Source of the DNA: a virus
Lineage: Duplodnaviria > Caudoviricetes
Strand: one strand, 5' to 3'
Virus record (IMG/VR): IMGVR_UViG_3300010043_000005
Location: 1-46,305 of that record
Length of the DNA: 46,305 nucleotides
Shown here one piece after another: positions 28,865-38,662 of this stretch (the first letter of the stretch is position 1; each line of letters starts with the position of its first letter). The translations under genes and the position numbers were made by a program. The notes below the pieces were generated by a model. The model was not told where the DNA came from. It saw only the letters and a program-made list of their open reading frames with translations, and searched no databases.

Positions 28865-29179
28865 TTATTCAAAGAGTAAGTTGATGGCTGCAAGAACTCG
28901 TTGTTTACAAGTCTGTCTCTCGTTGGCCCTGGCGCTTTGATATCCCAGCAAATAGATCTGCATGACCACTCCTAAGATTTTGCGCTCGAAAGGGAAGCTG
29001 TTGGAGTCAACGCTGAAAAGCTCGCGATCGTCTTTGAGGTAGCAGCGGATGATCCCTCCGCTCTGCACCGCGTAGTTCCCGCTATCCAGCTCGATCTTAT
29101 GGCTCTCGGGTAACACAATGCGCTTAGCTGTCCCGACATGCTCAAACTCGTCTCCGTTTTCTGGTAGGTCTTCGCTCAT
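28865..29179 (-). CDS. Hypothetical protein (MSEDLPENG...)
   Basis: ATG at 29179 just after the fibre gene stop; the longer call overlaps the fibre gene. Confidence 0.5.
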   Translation of the reverse strand: MSEDLPENGDEFEHVGTAKRIVLPESHKIELDSGNYAVQSGGIIRCYLKDDRELFSVDSNSFPFERKILGVVMQIYLLGYQSARANERQTCKQRVLAAINLLFE

Positions 29180-29186
29180 AGCTTTT

Positions 29187-30782
29187 TTACATTGCACAAT
29201 CTGCCACCCAACCAGCAAGAACCTGTTGTCCTTCACCTGTAGCGGTGATGTTTGCATTGGTGTTGATGTTCATCAGAGTATTGTCGGTCGCCGTGGTGCC
29301 GGTACTGCTTAAAAATTGACCCGTCCCTTCAATATAGATGAGACCCACTCTGGCACTCTGATCGCAGAATGACATGGTTGGAGCCCTGCACATTCTCGGA
29401 GAAAACCGAAGGAGTCCACGCACAAGGGCTAGGTTAGGAACCGCCATCCCGATCACTTCCCAGTTCCCATTCGGAAAACGCTGGCCGTAGGGCCCCGATT
29501 TTTGGTAGTAACGCCTGCACTCATTCACGTTCTGCTGAAAGGGCTTGTCGATGAAGGTCGTGCAAACTGATCCCGGTTCGTGCTGCAAAAAGCAAAGATC
29601 GAAAGTTGCGCCGACTGGCCCAAAAGCGAAGTTGCCCATGCCAGAGAAACCAAGAAAATTGCCGTTCTGCCACGTGTTCTGAGTGCCGCTCGGGATCCAA
29701 TAATTCGATCCAGCTGCTAAGACGATCGAAATGAGATAGCCGACTACCCCATTAGCCGTCGAGAAGTTGCCTCCGCTCGTCGGCCACGAGAGAGCTGGCA
29801 GAGTGATTAGTGTGAGCGTGTTAGCCGGGCCCAGGGTGACAGGCAAAACCAGACTGCGCGTCGCGGGAGAATCACGAATAGAGATAGCAAAAGAGAGGTT
29901 AGGAATGCTGGAACGGCAGAGCAGACTGAGTGAGTGAAAATCACTCATCATTTCTCGTGCGACTGGACCTTCCACCTGGGTATAGAAGCCTCCCCAATCA
30001 GACGCAGCCAGGACAGTCTTGGTCGTGCTTAGGGTCGTGCGCATGAAGCGCTTAGAGATCGCAAAGTTAGTGCCGGGGAGGAGAATCCCGCCGCCGATGC
30101 CATCGGTTGCTGCAGCGGCCTGAACGGTGCCAGTTACTGGAAGCACGCCTACCCAGCGATCTTCAATCCATTGACCCGCCATGGCCGTCAACGAGATCGC
30201 CGTACCGACATTGCGCTGTATCACCTCGAAATTCGGGTTGCCCACCGCATTGTATGAACGAAGGCGCACCGCCCAGATGGCCGGAGGCGAGACCGCAGCT
30301 ACCGCCGCTGAGAGTGGCTGACAGGCGTTAGTCCCATCGACAAAGTCCGTCGTGTTGCCGCTGAGCTGGGTGAGAAATCCCGGCGCGGTCACCGTGGCTA
30401 AGCTGATCGGATCAGTGCCGGTCGGCGCGTGAGTCGGCGCATGCGGAGTAGGAGGGAAAGCGTTTGGCCGGTTAGTAATGATTGACCAGTCACTCGGGAA
30501 ACTGGTTGGAGCTCCGGTGACGCCTTGCCAGGGGACCGAGTTGGCCAGATTAGCCTGCGGCACCGTGACCCCAGGAGCGAGACCGTTAGCCAAAACAGCT
30601 CGGTCCACGACGCCGAAGACGCCGTTAGTCGCGTACTCGGTCGAGAGCATGTCGCCGCCGCCAGGACCGCCGCCGCCGCCGGTTGCGGTGATGCGGATAG
30701 AGACCGCGTCTTCTTGGATTGAGATGCCAGCTCCTTGCAGGAGGGTTTTAAACGGCCAATAGACTCCGCTTTGTCCAATCAT
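29187..30782 (-). CDS. Tail fibre / receptor-binding protein
   Basis: N..GNPNFEVIQR...DRW and QHEPGSVCTTF..KP.....ECRRYYQK bracket a common phage fibre carbohydrate-binding-like domain; shares N-terminal modules with other fibre genes. Confidence 0.75.
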   Translation of the reverse strand: MIGQSGVYWPFKTLLQGAGISIQEDAVSIRITATGGGGGPGGGDMLSTEYATNGVFGVVDRAVLANGLAPGVTVPQANLANSVPWQGVTGAPTSFPSDWSIITNRPNAFPPTPHAPTHAPTGTDPISLATVTAPGFLTQLSGNTTDFVDGTNACQPLSAAVAAVSPPAIWAVRLRSYNAVGNPNFEVIQRNVGTAISLTAMAGQWIEDRWVGVLPVTGTVQAAAATDGIGGGILLPGTNFAISKRFMRTTLSTTKTVLAASDWGGFYTQVEGPVAREMMSDFHSLSLLCRSSIPNLSFAISIRDSPATRSLVLPVTLGPANTLTLITLPALSWPTSGGNFSTANGVVGYLISIVLAAGSNYWIPSGTQNTWQNGNFLGFSGMGNFAFGPVGATFDLCFLQHEPGSVCTTFIDKPFQQNVNECRRYYQKSGPYGQRFPNGNWEVIGMAVPNLALVRGLLRFSPRMCRAPTMSFCDQSARVGLIYIEGTGQFLSSTGTTATDNTLMNINTNANITATGEGQQVLAGWVADCAM

Positions 30783-30783
30783 A

Positions 30784-31581
30784 TTAGGTAAGTGCGGTTA
30801 GAGTGGCCAGACCCACGATAATCCCGGCTTGAAAATAGCTGGATTGGCCGGTTGCGACGTCGAGAATCACTCGCCACGCAAACGCATTGGGAGTGGCCGG
30901 AAAGACCTGGGTCATGGCTCCGCTGGTCAACACCAGCGAGAGCAACGATTCTTTGTTGGTCATGACGCTGATATCGGTTGAGGCCGTGACCTGCACCCAG
31001 CCGGGGATCCCGCTATCCCAGACCTCAAAGTGAACCGTCCCTTGAACGGGGAAGGCAAGGTTGGGTTTGTATAGGTAACATTGCCTAATCAAGTAGATTC
31101 CGCTCGAAGGGTTAACTACCGCCGTGCTCAAAAGCTGAGCTCCGGCAGTGTCTCCCGGCGTGATCGAGACCGGCCCCTCAGCCGAAAGGGCAAGGACGCC
31201 TGGAAGCGGGTGCCAGTTAATGTCTCCGCCCATGTAGTCCAGAACGTGGCCGCTTCCGGCTGGCATCAGGCCGTCTAAGAGCACGGTGGCAATCGGAATA
31301 GAATCATTGCCGTTTTGCAGATGGCTGGGGGCATGAGGGCTGGGCGGGAAAACCGTCGGAAGGTTTGTGATGTTGCCCCACAGAACTGTGGTCGCGGTAT
31401 CAGCCAGGACCGCGTGATCGACTACGCCGGGCTGGCCGTTAGTCGCGTAGGTCGACTTCAACATGTAATTGGTCATGTCTGCATCGGGCTGCATCACGAC
31501 CAAAGGCAGGCACTGCTGATTCTGGTAATCAGCGGGAAGGGGCACTTCGATAGGCTGCGCAGGGATAAGGTTTACACTCAT
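30784..31581 (-). CDS. Tail fibre-associated structural protein
   Basis: MLKSTYATNG..GVVDHA, FPPSPHAPSH and GLMP.GSG..DYMGGD modules shared with genes at 2237 and 29187. Confidence 0.65.
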   Translation of the reverse strand: MSVNLIPAQPIEVPLPADYQNQQCLPLVVMQPDADMTNYMLKSTYATNGQPGVVDHAVLADTATTVLWGNITNLPTVFPPSPHAPSHLQNGNDSIPIATVLLDGLMPAGSGHVLDYMGGDINWHPLPGVLALSAEGPVSITPGDTAGAQLLSTAVVNPSSGIYLIRQCYLYKPNLAFPVQGTVHFEVWDSGIPGWVQVTASTDISVMTNKESLLSLVLTSGAMTQVFPATPNAFAWRVILDVATGQSSYFQAGIIVGLATLTALT

Positions 31582-32066
31582 AGGGCTAAGGCCTGTGCGG
31601 CCTGAACAGTGGCTTGAGAGAGTGGGTTTACGGTAGTGTTCTCTTGGGAGAGGCTGAGGTCGCTGGAGGGCAGGATATCGAGCTGGCCCCGGGCAAAGGT
31701 CGTAACCAAGCCCCCAGGCGTCTGGGACTTAAGATCGAAGGCGTAGCTGCCCGGCCAGACTTGCAACGTGTTCTTAGGTAAGACGATCAGGCACGTCCAG
31801 GCACACGCCCCGTGCTGCGCGTTCCAGACCACTTTAAAGAGCGTATTGGGATCCAGCGGGTCCAGGCTCTCTTTAACCGTGAATTGAAAGACCCAGTCGG
31901 TGATATCTGGGGTCATCGGGCAGTTACAGAAAAGCTCGATGAAGTAACACAGACAATCGCCCTGGACCATCTCCCAGTGGAGATTGTTCTGGTCGTCGCC
32001 CATCCAGAATGGCCGCACCGGCTGCTGGGGCCGGAGGACCGGATAAAGACCGTTCTCGCCGAACAT
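31578..32066 (-). CDS. BppU N-terminal-like fibre attachment protein
   Basis: MVQGD..., DITDW.FQFTVK, GSYAFDL and TFARGQLDI Ig-like pattern; start placed at ATG 32066. Confidence 0.55.
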   Translation of the reverse strand: MFGENGLYPVLRPQQPVRPFWMGDDQNNLHWEMVQGDCLCYFIELFCNCPMTPDITDWVFQFTVKESLDPLDPNTLFKVVWNAQHGACAWTCLIVLPKNTLQVWPGSYAFDLKSQTPGGLVTTFARGQLDILPSSDLSLSQENTTVNPLSQATVQAAQALAL

Positions 32067-32143
32067 AACCTTGGAGTTATACTCCGGCTCCCTGGGCGCA
32101 AGAAACTCTAAACCGTAGGACGAGGACGCCTCAGAGTTTTTTA

Positions 32144-32173
32144 AAGAGCGCCCAGAGACGCTTGGACGCTCTT
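32144..32173 (-). terminator. Hairpin downstream of the major capsid gene
   Basis: Minus strand AAGAGCGTCCA-agcgtctc-TGGGCGCTCTT, flanked by A/T tracts. Confidence 0.5.
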
Positions 32174-32209
32174 GTTTTTCCCAGGGAGTCGGAGCACATC
32201 GGCCATTGC

Positions 32210-33478
32210 TTAAATGGTTAGACTGCCAGTGTATCCCAGCATGCCGCCGGTCGCGGTCCCGCCAGGATACCCAACACATTGTGTAAAGCCGAAATCGGGT
32301 TGGCAACGTTTGAATGCGATGGGGATCACCGCGTGAGGCCTCTCCGGTCTATAGGCTCTAGTAATTTGATAAATATGATAACCGAAGTCGCCAAAAACGT
32401 TACAGTCGTTATCGCGGATTACGACGAACTCGAGTTCTCCCTGGGAGAATTGGGGTGGAAATTTCCATTCCCCGGCTCCGGTGTAGGTCTCTGGGACCAA
32501 GCGCCGGAAGGAGTTCGAGAAGATCAAAAAGCAGATCTCGTATTGGGCTTCGAGGTAATCGGGATTGGCTCTGGCACCCACGCCTTTAGAAACTTGGACC
32601 GCGATCTCAGGCTCGATGAAGTCTGGGATCAGCTGGCCGTTAAGCTCTTGGAAGGTGTTAAAACGCAGGGGCTGCTGATCGATCCCCATCGCGATACCCT
32701 GGTATGGTCCATACCATGTGTAGCCTGTTATGGTCTCTTCACCAAGGTTGTAGCGGCCTGTCGTTAGAGACCGCATGTCGTAGCGGACGTTGAGCTCTTC
32801 GCGCAGGACGTCAATAATGTCGGCCCCGCCGATGAACTTCGCGATTGTCCCGCCCTCACTTTCGAAGGGCTCCGCCAGGAGGGCTTCATGGGCCCAGGTC
32901 TCAGTGTACTTGAGGAACTTGAAAGTGATTGGTGTATCGGGTGGAGTGTCGTCGTTAAAGCTGACGTCAATCGCCTGGACGTCGCCACTGACCATCTGCG
33001 GGAAAGTGTACCCGGTGTTGACCTTGATCTTGACGCCCGAGCGTAAAAGGAGCTGCGAGCGAACATCAATGTTCATGAAGTAGAGCAGCTGCTTCTGGAG
33101 CGCATCCTGGGTCGCAGAATAGGAGGCCTGGAACGCAGATCTCATCTGCTTGACGCAAACTTTTGGACCTCTACCTCTGATGTTGCCCAACTTGGTCGTA
33201 TACTCGGTCGAGCCGGTTTCGGCGACCTGCCCGAGGTCCGCGCATGAATCTACATCGTTGAAAAATGTTGGGGTGACGAGGCTGTGGTTTAGTATCGGCC
33301 TCTCCATGACGACGTTACGTTGCTCGTCACTAATTGCGGACTGAAATACCCCGCCATCAAGTACGTCAGCAAAAGGTGCTCGACGCATCAGCAAAAGGGT
33401 GATGTTGCCAACTAGGCGCGACACATCGCGATTTGCGAAATCTACTGCAGCTTGAGGAGTAAGAAGACAATCGGCCAT
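32210..33478 (-). CDS. Major capsid protein (putative)
   Basis: 422 aa, first gene of the leftward late block with a long structured leader and a downstream hairpin; size and composition fit an HK97-fold MCP; no other MCP candidate in the window. Confidence 0.65.
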   Translation of the reverse strand: MADCLLTPQAAVDFANRDVSRLVGNITLLLMRRAPFADVLDGGVFQSAISDEQRNVVMERPILNHSLVTPTFFNDVDSCADLGQVAETGSTEYTTKLGNIRGRGPKVCVKQMRSAFQASYSATQDALQKQLLYFMNIDVRSQLLLRSGVKIKVNTGYTFPQMVSGDVQAIDVSFNDDTPPDTPITFKFLKYTETWAHEALLAEPFESEGGTIAKFIGGADIIDVLREELNVRYDMRSLTTGRYNLGEETITGYTWYGPYQGIAMGIDQQPLRFNTFQELNGQLIPDFIEPEIAVQVSKGVGARANPDYLEAQYEICFLIFSNSFRRLVPETYTGAGEWKFPPQFSQGELEFVVIRDNDCNVFGDFGYHIYQITRAYRPERPHAVIPIAFKRCQPDFGFTQCVGYPGGTATGGMLGYTGSLTI

Positions 33479-33517
33479 AAAGGCGCATGAGGTTTGGGTG
33501 AAAGGTTAGGACACAAC

Positions 33518-33624
33518 CCACCCGCGAATGCGGATGGCTAACGGGCACCCGAGATTAACGCTGCGGCGACCAGCGGGATCCTCGGTTTGACTTTTCACTA
33601 GGCCCGAAGCGGATCCAAGAGCCT
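33518..33624 (-). promoter_or_regulatory. Structured 5' leader of the capsid gene (three hairpins)
   Basis: Stems at 33600-33624, 33549-33585 and 33518-33537. Confidence 0.45.
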
Positions 33625-33752
33625 GCGATCCAAGCTGTACGCCCCTTCTTTCGAATTGACAAGAAAAGAGTCAGTCTGCGAGGGTTCGAGGCGAAAGAGT
33701 TTGGTTGCTAGCCGGGTGGCTGGCATCTCGAATACGATTGTTCATCAGCATT

Positions 33753-33797
33753 GGGCGGCAGACTTAATTAAGACGTAGTCTGCCGTCCTTTGTTTTT
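33753..33797 (+). terminator. Rho-independent terminator
   Basis: GGGCGGCAGACT-12 nt-AGTCTGCCGTCC followed by TTTGTTTTT. Confidence 0.7.
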
Positions 33798-33829
33798 CTC
33801 GAGCGAGCTGATACTCTAGGCCTTGAGCG

Positions 33830-34249
33830 ATGGCCTCTGACGTTGCAACCCTACCGCAGCGAGTTCAGGATAAGATCTCCGTTGACCCTGCAACCGGCTG
33901 CTGGATGTGGACCGGAACGATTTTAAATTCCGGCTACCCCGTAATCAGCGTAGGCAGCAGATCCGATGGCAGCAGGGCTAACCGACGCGCCCATAAATTT
34001 GTCTGGGAATTCCTTGGAGGCGCGCGCGGCCAATTGCACCATCGCTGTTTAAGAAAACGTTGTGTAAATCCGCTTCACTTGGAGCTTGTCGTTCCGGTTG
34101 AACACCGCGCTCGCCATCCCTGGCGGAAAGTCGTCTGCAAGCGCGGTCATTCGTTGCGGCCCGAGAATCGGGATAGCAATGGAGGGTGCCGAGAATGCAG
34201 AAGGTTAGCCGATAGGATCAAGTACTGGCGAAAGAAAGGAGGGTCTTAG
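33830..34249 (+). CDS. HNH homing endonuclease
   Basis: GCWMWTG...GY...RAHK...LHHRC..KRCVNPLHL, then a CKRGH...CREC zinc-binding tail. Confidence 0.9.
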   Translation: MASDVATLPQRVQDKISVDPATGCWMWTGTILNSGYPVISVGSRSDGSRANRRAHKFVWEFLGGARGQLHHRCLRKRCVNPLHLELVVPVEHRARHPWRKVVCKRGHSLRPENRDSNGGCRECRRLADRIKYWRKKGGS

Positions 34250-34280
34250 CATCGCCTATCCTCAAAATTCGCGAGTTCCA

Positions 34281-36116
34281 GTGCAAGATCGCTACTGGAT
34301 TAACGGGGCGAACACCCTCATTTTCCCGACCGATATCGGCCAAGGCGGCTACTACTGGGGCGAGAACATCATCAACCGGGGCGGCATCGTTACGACGCGG
34401 CCCGGGAAAAATCTGATCTTTTCTCTGCCGGGCACCCGGGCTCAAGGCATGACCCTTTACCGGCCCTATCGGGAGCGAGAGCAGCTAGTGTGGTCGGTCG
34501 ACGGCAACATTTACTGGAGTGAGTGGCCTTTTGAGACCTACGCTTATCTGCCGCGAGTCCAGTTCTGGAGCGGAAGCCCCCAGGTCTATTTCTGTCAGGC
34601 TAGACAAGCTACCCGGCAGAATCCTGACGGGAGCCTGACAGTCTTGGAAGTCCCGATCGATGTGCTCTTCATGCAGGACGGCTATACGCCCAGCGCTTTC
34701 TACATCGCGACCTCTTCGACCGCCTCTGCTCAGTCAGGCCACAATCAGGCCGGAGCCCCCTGGAACCAGCTGCCGGTTGGGACCGTCATGGCCTATTCGG
34801 GCTACCGGCTCTGGAGCGCCTACCGGGAGACCATCTTCGCAAGTGACCTCATGAACCCTAACAGCTTTACTGAGGGGACCTATCTTGCGACCGCCAACGG
34901 CTTCAAGCTGCCAGAGCCTGCGACCGGCATGCTGAATATTCCGGCTAGCCCGGGCTCCAACGACACTTTGATTGCTTTCACGCCCTGGTCGATCACGAGC
35001 CTCCAATCCGGCATCATTGACCGGACTCAGTGGCAGCAGACGCCCAATTTCCAGCAGATCGTTTCCGCCGACTTCGGCACCGTGGCCCCGTTTAGCCCGG
35101 TGAACCAGTTCGGCCTGCCGTGGTTCTATTCCGAAGAGGGCTTGGTAAACCTGAACGAGGCCCTGAATCAGTACCGCTCGAGCATGGTCAACCCGCGTGA
35201 TGGCGAGATGACCCGCTCCAAACAGAACATGAGCCCGGTCAGGAGCGGCATCTGCACGGCCAGCTGGTACAACTGGCTCCTGGTCTCGGTCCCGAGCGGT
35301 TCGCGCTGGAACCGGCACACGTGGGTGATGGACGGCTCGCCCCAGGCGCAGCTCTCGACTCAGGCCGCTCCGGCTTACGCTGGCATCTGGACCGGCACCT
35401 TCCCTGTCCAATATGTGACCGGCGAATTCCAAGACGTGCCCAGGTGTTTCGAGCTGGCTTACTCGTGTGAGCCAGATCCCTGGGGCAATCACATTCAGAT
35501 CTGGGAGAACTTTATTGGGCGCAAGACCGATCAAGTCCTGGGGAACGATACGCCGATCCAGTGCTCCTGGGAGACCAAGGTCTTTGAGATCGCAGCGACC
35601 GGCGAGCTCGTGCGCTTCAAGTACGCCGAGTTCGATATCTGCGAGTTAGTCGGCACGGTCGAGGTGACCATCTACTACGCGGGGATTAAAGGCCACTATC
35701 GCAAGTGCTACGACCTGATCTTGAACGCGGAAGAGGGCGTGCCGGGCAACGATAACTATTCGGTCTGGACGTACTCGGGGCTCGCCACCGATACCTTTAT
35801 CGAGACCTTGCGTCCGCAGACCCGCACGATCCGCACGCCTGATTTTAGCGGCTCGCCGGTTGAACAGACTCAAGATGACTGCGCCGACACTTGCGGAATT
35901 GAGAGCCCTTACCAGCATAACGTCGACCGGGGCTTCCAGCTCCTGGTTAACTGGACTGGCCGGATGGCGATCCGCGAGATGCGTCTTTTTATCGATCCTT
36001 ACCCGCAGCCCGGCGTCGGCCAATGCACGCCGACTGAGGCTGGAGTAACCACTAATATCGTGAGCGCGATCGGCTGTTTGCCGCCGCCAAACGTCTGCAC
36101 GATCCCCGTGCCATGA
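34281..36116 (+). CDS. Tail tubular B / head-closure (DNA stabilisation) protein; true start may be 34251
   Basis: 611 aa beta-rich; ENIINRGGIVTTRPG N-terminal motif, IFASD and CSWETK motifs typical of P22 gp10 / T7 gp12-like proteins. Confidence 0.65.
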   Translation: MQDRYWINGANTLIFPTDIGQGGYYWGENIINRGGIVTTRPGKNLIFSLPGTRAQGMTLYRPYREREQLVWSVDGNIYWSEWPFETYAYLPRVQFWSGSPQVYFCQARQATRQNPDGSLTVLEVPIDVLFMQDGYTPSAFYIATSSTASAQSGHNQAGAPWNQLPVGTVMAYSGYRLWSAYRETIFASDLMNPNSFTEGTYLATANGFKLPEPATGMLNIPASPGSNDTLIAFTPWSITSLQSGIIDRTQWQQTPNFQQIVSADFGTVAPFSPVNQFGLPWFYSEEGLVNLNEALNQYRSSMVNPRDGEMTRSKQNMSPVRSGICTASWYNWLLVSVPSGSRWNRHTWVMDGSPQAQLSTQAAPAYAGIWTGTFPVQYVTGEFQDVPRCFELAYSCEPDPWGNHIQIWENFIGRKTDQVLGNDTPIQCSWETKVFEIAATGELVRFKYAEFDICELVGTVEVTIYYAGIKGHYRKCYDLILNAEEGVPGNDNYSVWTYSGLATDTFIETLRPQTRTIRTPDFSGSPVEQTQDDCADTCGIESPYQHNVDRGFQLLVNWTGRMAIREMRLFIDPYPQPGVGQCTPTEAGVTTNIVSAIGCLPPPNVCTIPVP

Positions 36117-36421
36117 GGGTCAAAATCTTTCAGCCTTTTCAGAAAGTCTGGACGCCCAGGACGCCGGATAGCGGCTACTCGAGTTTCGGCCCATCACCGC
36201 CCAACCCGATCGTCCTGACTCCCTTAAAAACCGAGACTCTTGGCCACTCCCTTACGCTGGGCTCCATCTCTTACTACGTCGGAGTGATGTTCGTAAGCCA
36301 GCAGGAAACCTTGAATGACTCCGTTCGGTTCGCTAGCGGCCAGTACATCCCTGCCAGTGTCACAGAAGCTGAGCCCATCGGCTCACAAGTCGCCTTTGGT
36401 AACGCCACCTACACGCCATGA
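36113..36421 (+). CDS. Hypothetical structural protein
   Basis: ATGA-coupled within the tail block. Confidence 0.55.
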   Translation: MRVKIFQPFQKVWTPRTPDSGYSSFGPSPPNPIVLTPLKTETLGHSLTLGSISYYVGVMFVSQQETLNDSVRFASGQYIPASVTEAEPIGSQVAFGNATYTP

Positions 36422-37893
36422 AAATCAAATCTCACGCTCGGCTGAGCGGTAAAGTCAAAGTCGCGATCGTAGAAGACGGCAGGGTGGTGAGGGAGTTTCC
36501 CTGGCAGGACAACTTGATTCTAGACCAGGGGCTTGATTACGTCGCGAGCACTCTGTGGAACCAGCTCTTCACCGCCGTCGCTTGCGGCACCGGCACTAAC
36601 CCTACAGGCCGCGCGCCCACCAACACGGCTACGATGGTCGGCAACACGATCACGGCCAACGCGGCAGGCGTTTTTGTTTCAAGCGACGTGGATGCTGACG
36701 TCGTCTTTCATCCGAGCTTGGCGCGTTTTAAGATTCAGGCGGTCGCCGGAGACGGCAGCTCGGTCACGGTCTTTGGAGCTGGCTCGACCATCACGAGCCC
36801 GAGCGCCTTCACGCTTGAGTACGTCGGCCAGACCATTCTGGGAGCCGAGGTCAAACGCACTTCGATCGCGCTGGGAACACCTGGGGCCTGTATCACGGTC
36901 GTCAGCGATGCCGCGATCACCTTGCAGCGCACGTGGCAGTTCAGCCCTGAAGCGACCCAGATCACCTATACCGAGCTCGGCCTTTCTCCCAACGCGAGCG
37001 CAGGCAATAACCTCTTCAGCCGGATCCTGCTCCTTAACCCGGTCACCCTGAGCGGCCCTACAGTCAACCTGCCTAACGGCCAGCAGCTGCAGGTCACCTA
37101 TCAGTTAATCGTGCAGTTCGATTACGGCCAGGGCCCAGGCAACTTCTTTTCTGGCACCACTCCGACCTCGATCATTTTCACCAACCTGCCGGTCAACTGG
37201 AACATCACGAGCTACGCGAATTCCGCGACCAAGCCCGGGTTCCTAGCGGTCACCGTGACCGGGCAGATGCCAGCGCTCCCGACCGGCAACGTGATCCTGG
37301 CAGGTTCAAGTGTGACTGGCTACGACGGCACCTGGATAGTGCTTGATACGGTGCCTTTCACCGATCCGACTAACGGCGCTTCGACAATCCTTTCTTTGCA
37401 GGTCGCCTGGGCCGGGACCGCCAGCGGTGGAACCTTGACTGTCCCGCCGGATGCGTTCTTCTTCCGCCCTTGCCAGGGTATTTATCAAGTCGGTTCTGTC
37501 GGCCAGAGCCAAGCCCCGAGCCCTACGCCAGACGTCTTCTTAGGCTACGGTGAACCGAGCGTCCTGGGCTCCGGCTGGATCTCAACTCTCGGCTTCCCGT
37601 CCATGGGCTCAAACCTCGTGCCGACACGCCTGGATCCAACAACGGTTATCACTGGCACAGTCACGCCCACGCCTTACGCACCCGGCTCCTTCACCCAGTC
37701 TAAGCCGGTCAATATCGCGATTCCCCCAGGACCCACTCAGTTCAACTTGGCTAGCTTCGGCTACGGGGCAGCGGATCTGACCAACCAGATCGAAACCTAT
37801 TGCTGGCTCCAGCCGCGAGTCTGCCAGCCGGGCTCAAGCATTCAGATTGTCTTCAACTTCTCTTGGGGCCGGGGAGGAGCCAGCGCCCAGTGA
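36418..37893 (+). CDS. Tail structural protein
   Basis: NLILDQGLD..., ACGTGTNP, YTELGL and LFSRI motifs of tail/fibre-base proteins; Thr/Gly/Ser-rich. Confidence 0.6.
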   Translation: MKIKSHARLSGKVKVAIVEDGRVVREFPWQDNLILDQGLDYVASTLWNQLFTAVACGTGTNPTGRAPTNTATMVGNTITANAAGVFVSSDVDADVVFHPSLARFKIQAVAGDGSSVTVFGAGSTITSPSAFTLEYVGQTILGAEVKRTSIALGTPGACITVVSDAAITLQRTWQFSPEATQITYTELGLSPNASAGNNLFSRILLLNPVTLSGPTVNLPNGQQLQVTYQLIVQFDYGQGPGNFFSGTTPTSIIFTNLPVNWNITSYANSATKPGFLAVTVTGQMPALPTGNVILAGSSVTGYDGTWIVLDTVPFTDPTNGASTILSLQVAWAGTASGGTLTVPPDAFFFRPCQGIYQVGSVGQSQAPSPTPDVFLGYGEPSVLGSGWISTLGFPSMGSNLVPTRLDPTTVITGTVTPTPYAPGSFTQSKPVNIAIPPGPTQFNLASFGYGAADLTNQIETYCWLQPRVCQPGSSIQIVFNFSWGRGGASAQ

Positions 37894-38660
37894 GTATCCC
37901 CATCGAGTTCATTCTGGACCGTAACCCTAAGGAGACGCCCGAAAGCGTCCAAGAGTTACTCAATTCGATCGCGGACTCGATGACGACGGCCTACGCGCCC
38001 TCCTTTCCGATCTCGAGCTACGTCGTCGGCCAGCTGGGAGGCACTCTTCCCCTCTCTAACGTTGGGCCCTGGGCGAACGGGAGCGAGTGGTGGTTCTGGG
38101 ACCCGAGCGCCGGAGCCTACGTGCGCGGCCAGGACGGCGTCCCGGTCGGCTCGATCTTTATCTGGGGCGGGACCGGAGCTCCTGATAACTGGCTCATCTG
38201 TGATGGCAGCGAAGTGAGCCGCACCCAGTACAACCTGCTCTATCAGCAGATCGGCAATATCTGGGGCCCAGGCGACGGGCTCACGACCTTCAACCTTCCG
38301 CCTGGGGCTTGCATGTACCTCAACATCCAAAATGTGCATTTTCAGCCCGAGGTTGCGCCTCAAGCACCCCATACGCTGGGCAGCACGGGTGGTAGCCAGA
38401 TTATCGCTCCCTTGCACGGCTCACAGTTACCAGCCTGCCAAGTGCGCGTCGGCTTTTTCTGGGCCTCCAAGGTGACTCAAGTGCCCAGCCAAGCCACGCC
38501 GGTCTCGTTTCTGACTGGCGAGACCGGCGACGGCCAGTTCTGGAATTTCCAGATCCTGGGCGCTCCGCCAAACGAGGCTCCTACCAGCGATGTAAACCAG
38601 ACCCAGCTCTCCAATATGCCGCCCTTTGCTGCGGCCAACTTCATCATCAAGTTTCAGTAG
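37890..38660 (+). CDS. Tail collar domain protein, paralogue 1
   Basis: GTG start at 37890 (GTGA overlap); PVGSIFIWGG..APDNWLICDG..VSRTQY..GDGLTTFNLP; MPPF..NFIIK. Confidence 0.8.
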   Translation: MSIPIEFILDRNPKETPESVQELLNSIADSMTTAYAPSFPISSYVVGQLGGTLPLSNVGPWANGSEWWFWDPSAGAYVRGQDGVPVGSIFIWGGTGAPDNWLICDGSEVSRTQYNLLYQQIGNIWGPGDGLTTFNLPPGACMYLNIQNVHFQPEVAPQAPHTLGSTGGSQIIAPLHGSQLPACQVRVGFFWASKVTQVPSQATPVSFLTGETGDGQFWNFQILGAPPNEAPTSDVNQTQLSNMPPFAAANFIIKFQ

Positions 38661-38662
38661 CT

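Noticed and set aside
32067-32306. Upstream extension of ORF 31578..32306 overlapping the capsid 3' end, suggesting a T7 10A/10B-like frameshift fusion
   Set aside because: No convincing slippery site before the capsid stop; the extension crosses a terminator-like hairpin and looks non-coding.
33830-34249. HNH gene as part of a group I intron or intein
   Set aside because: It is free-standing, no interrupted gene is evident, and there is no room for intron core elements.
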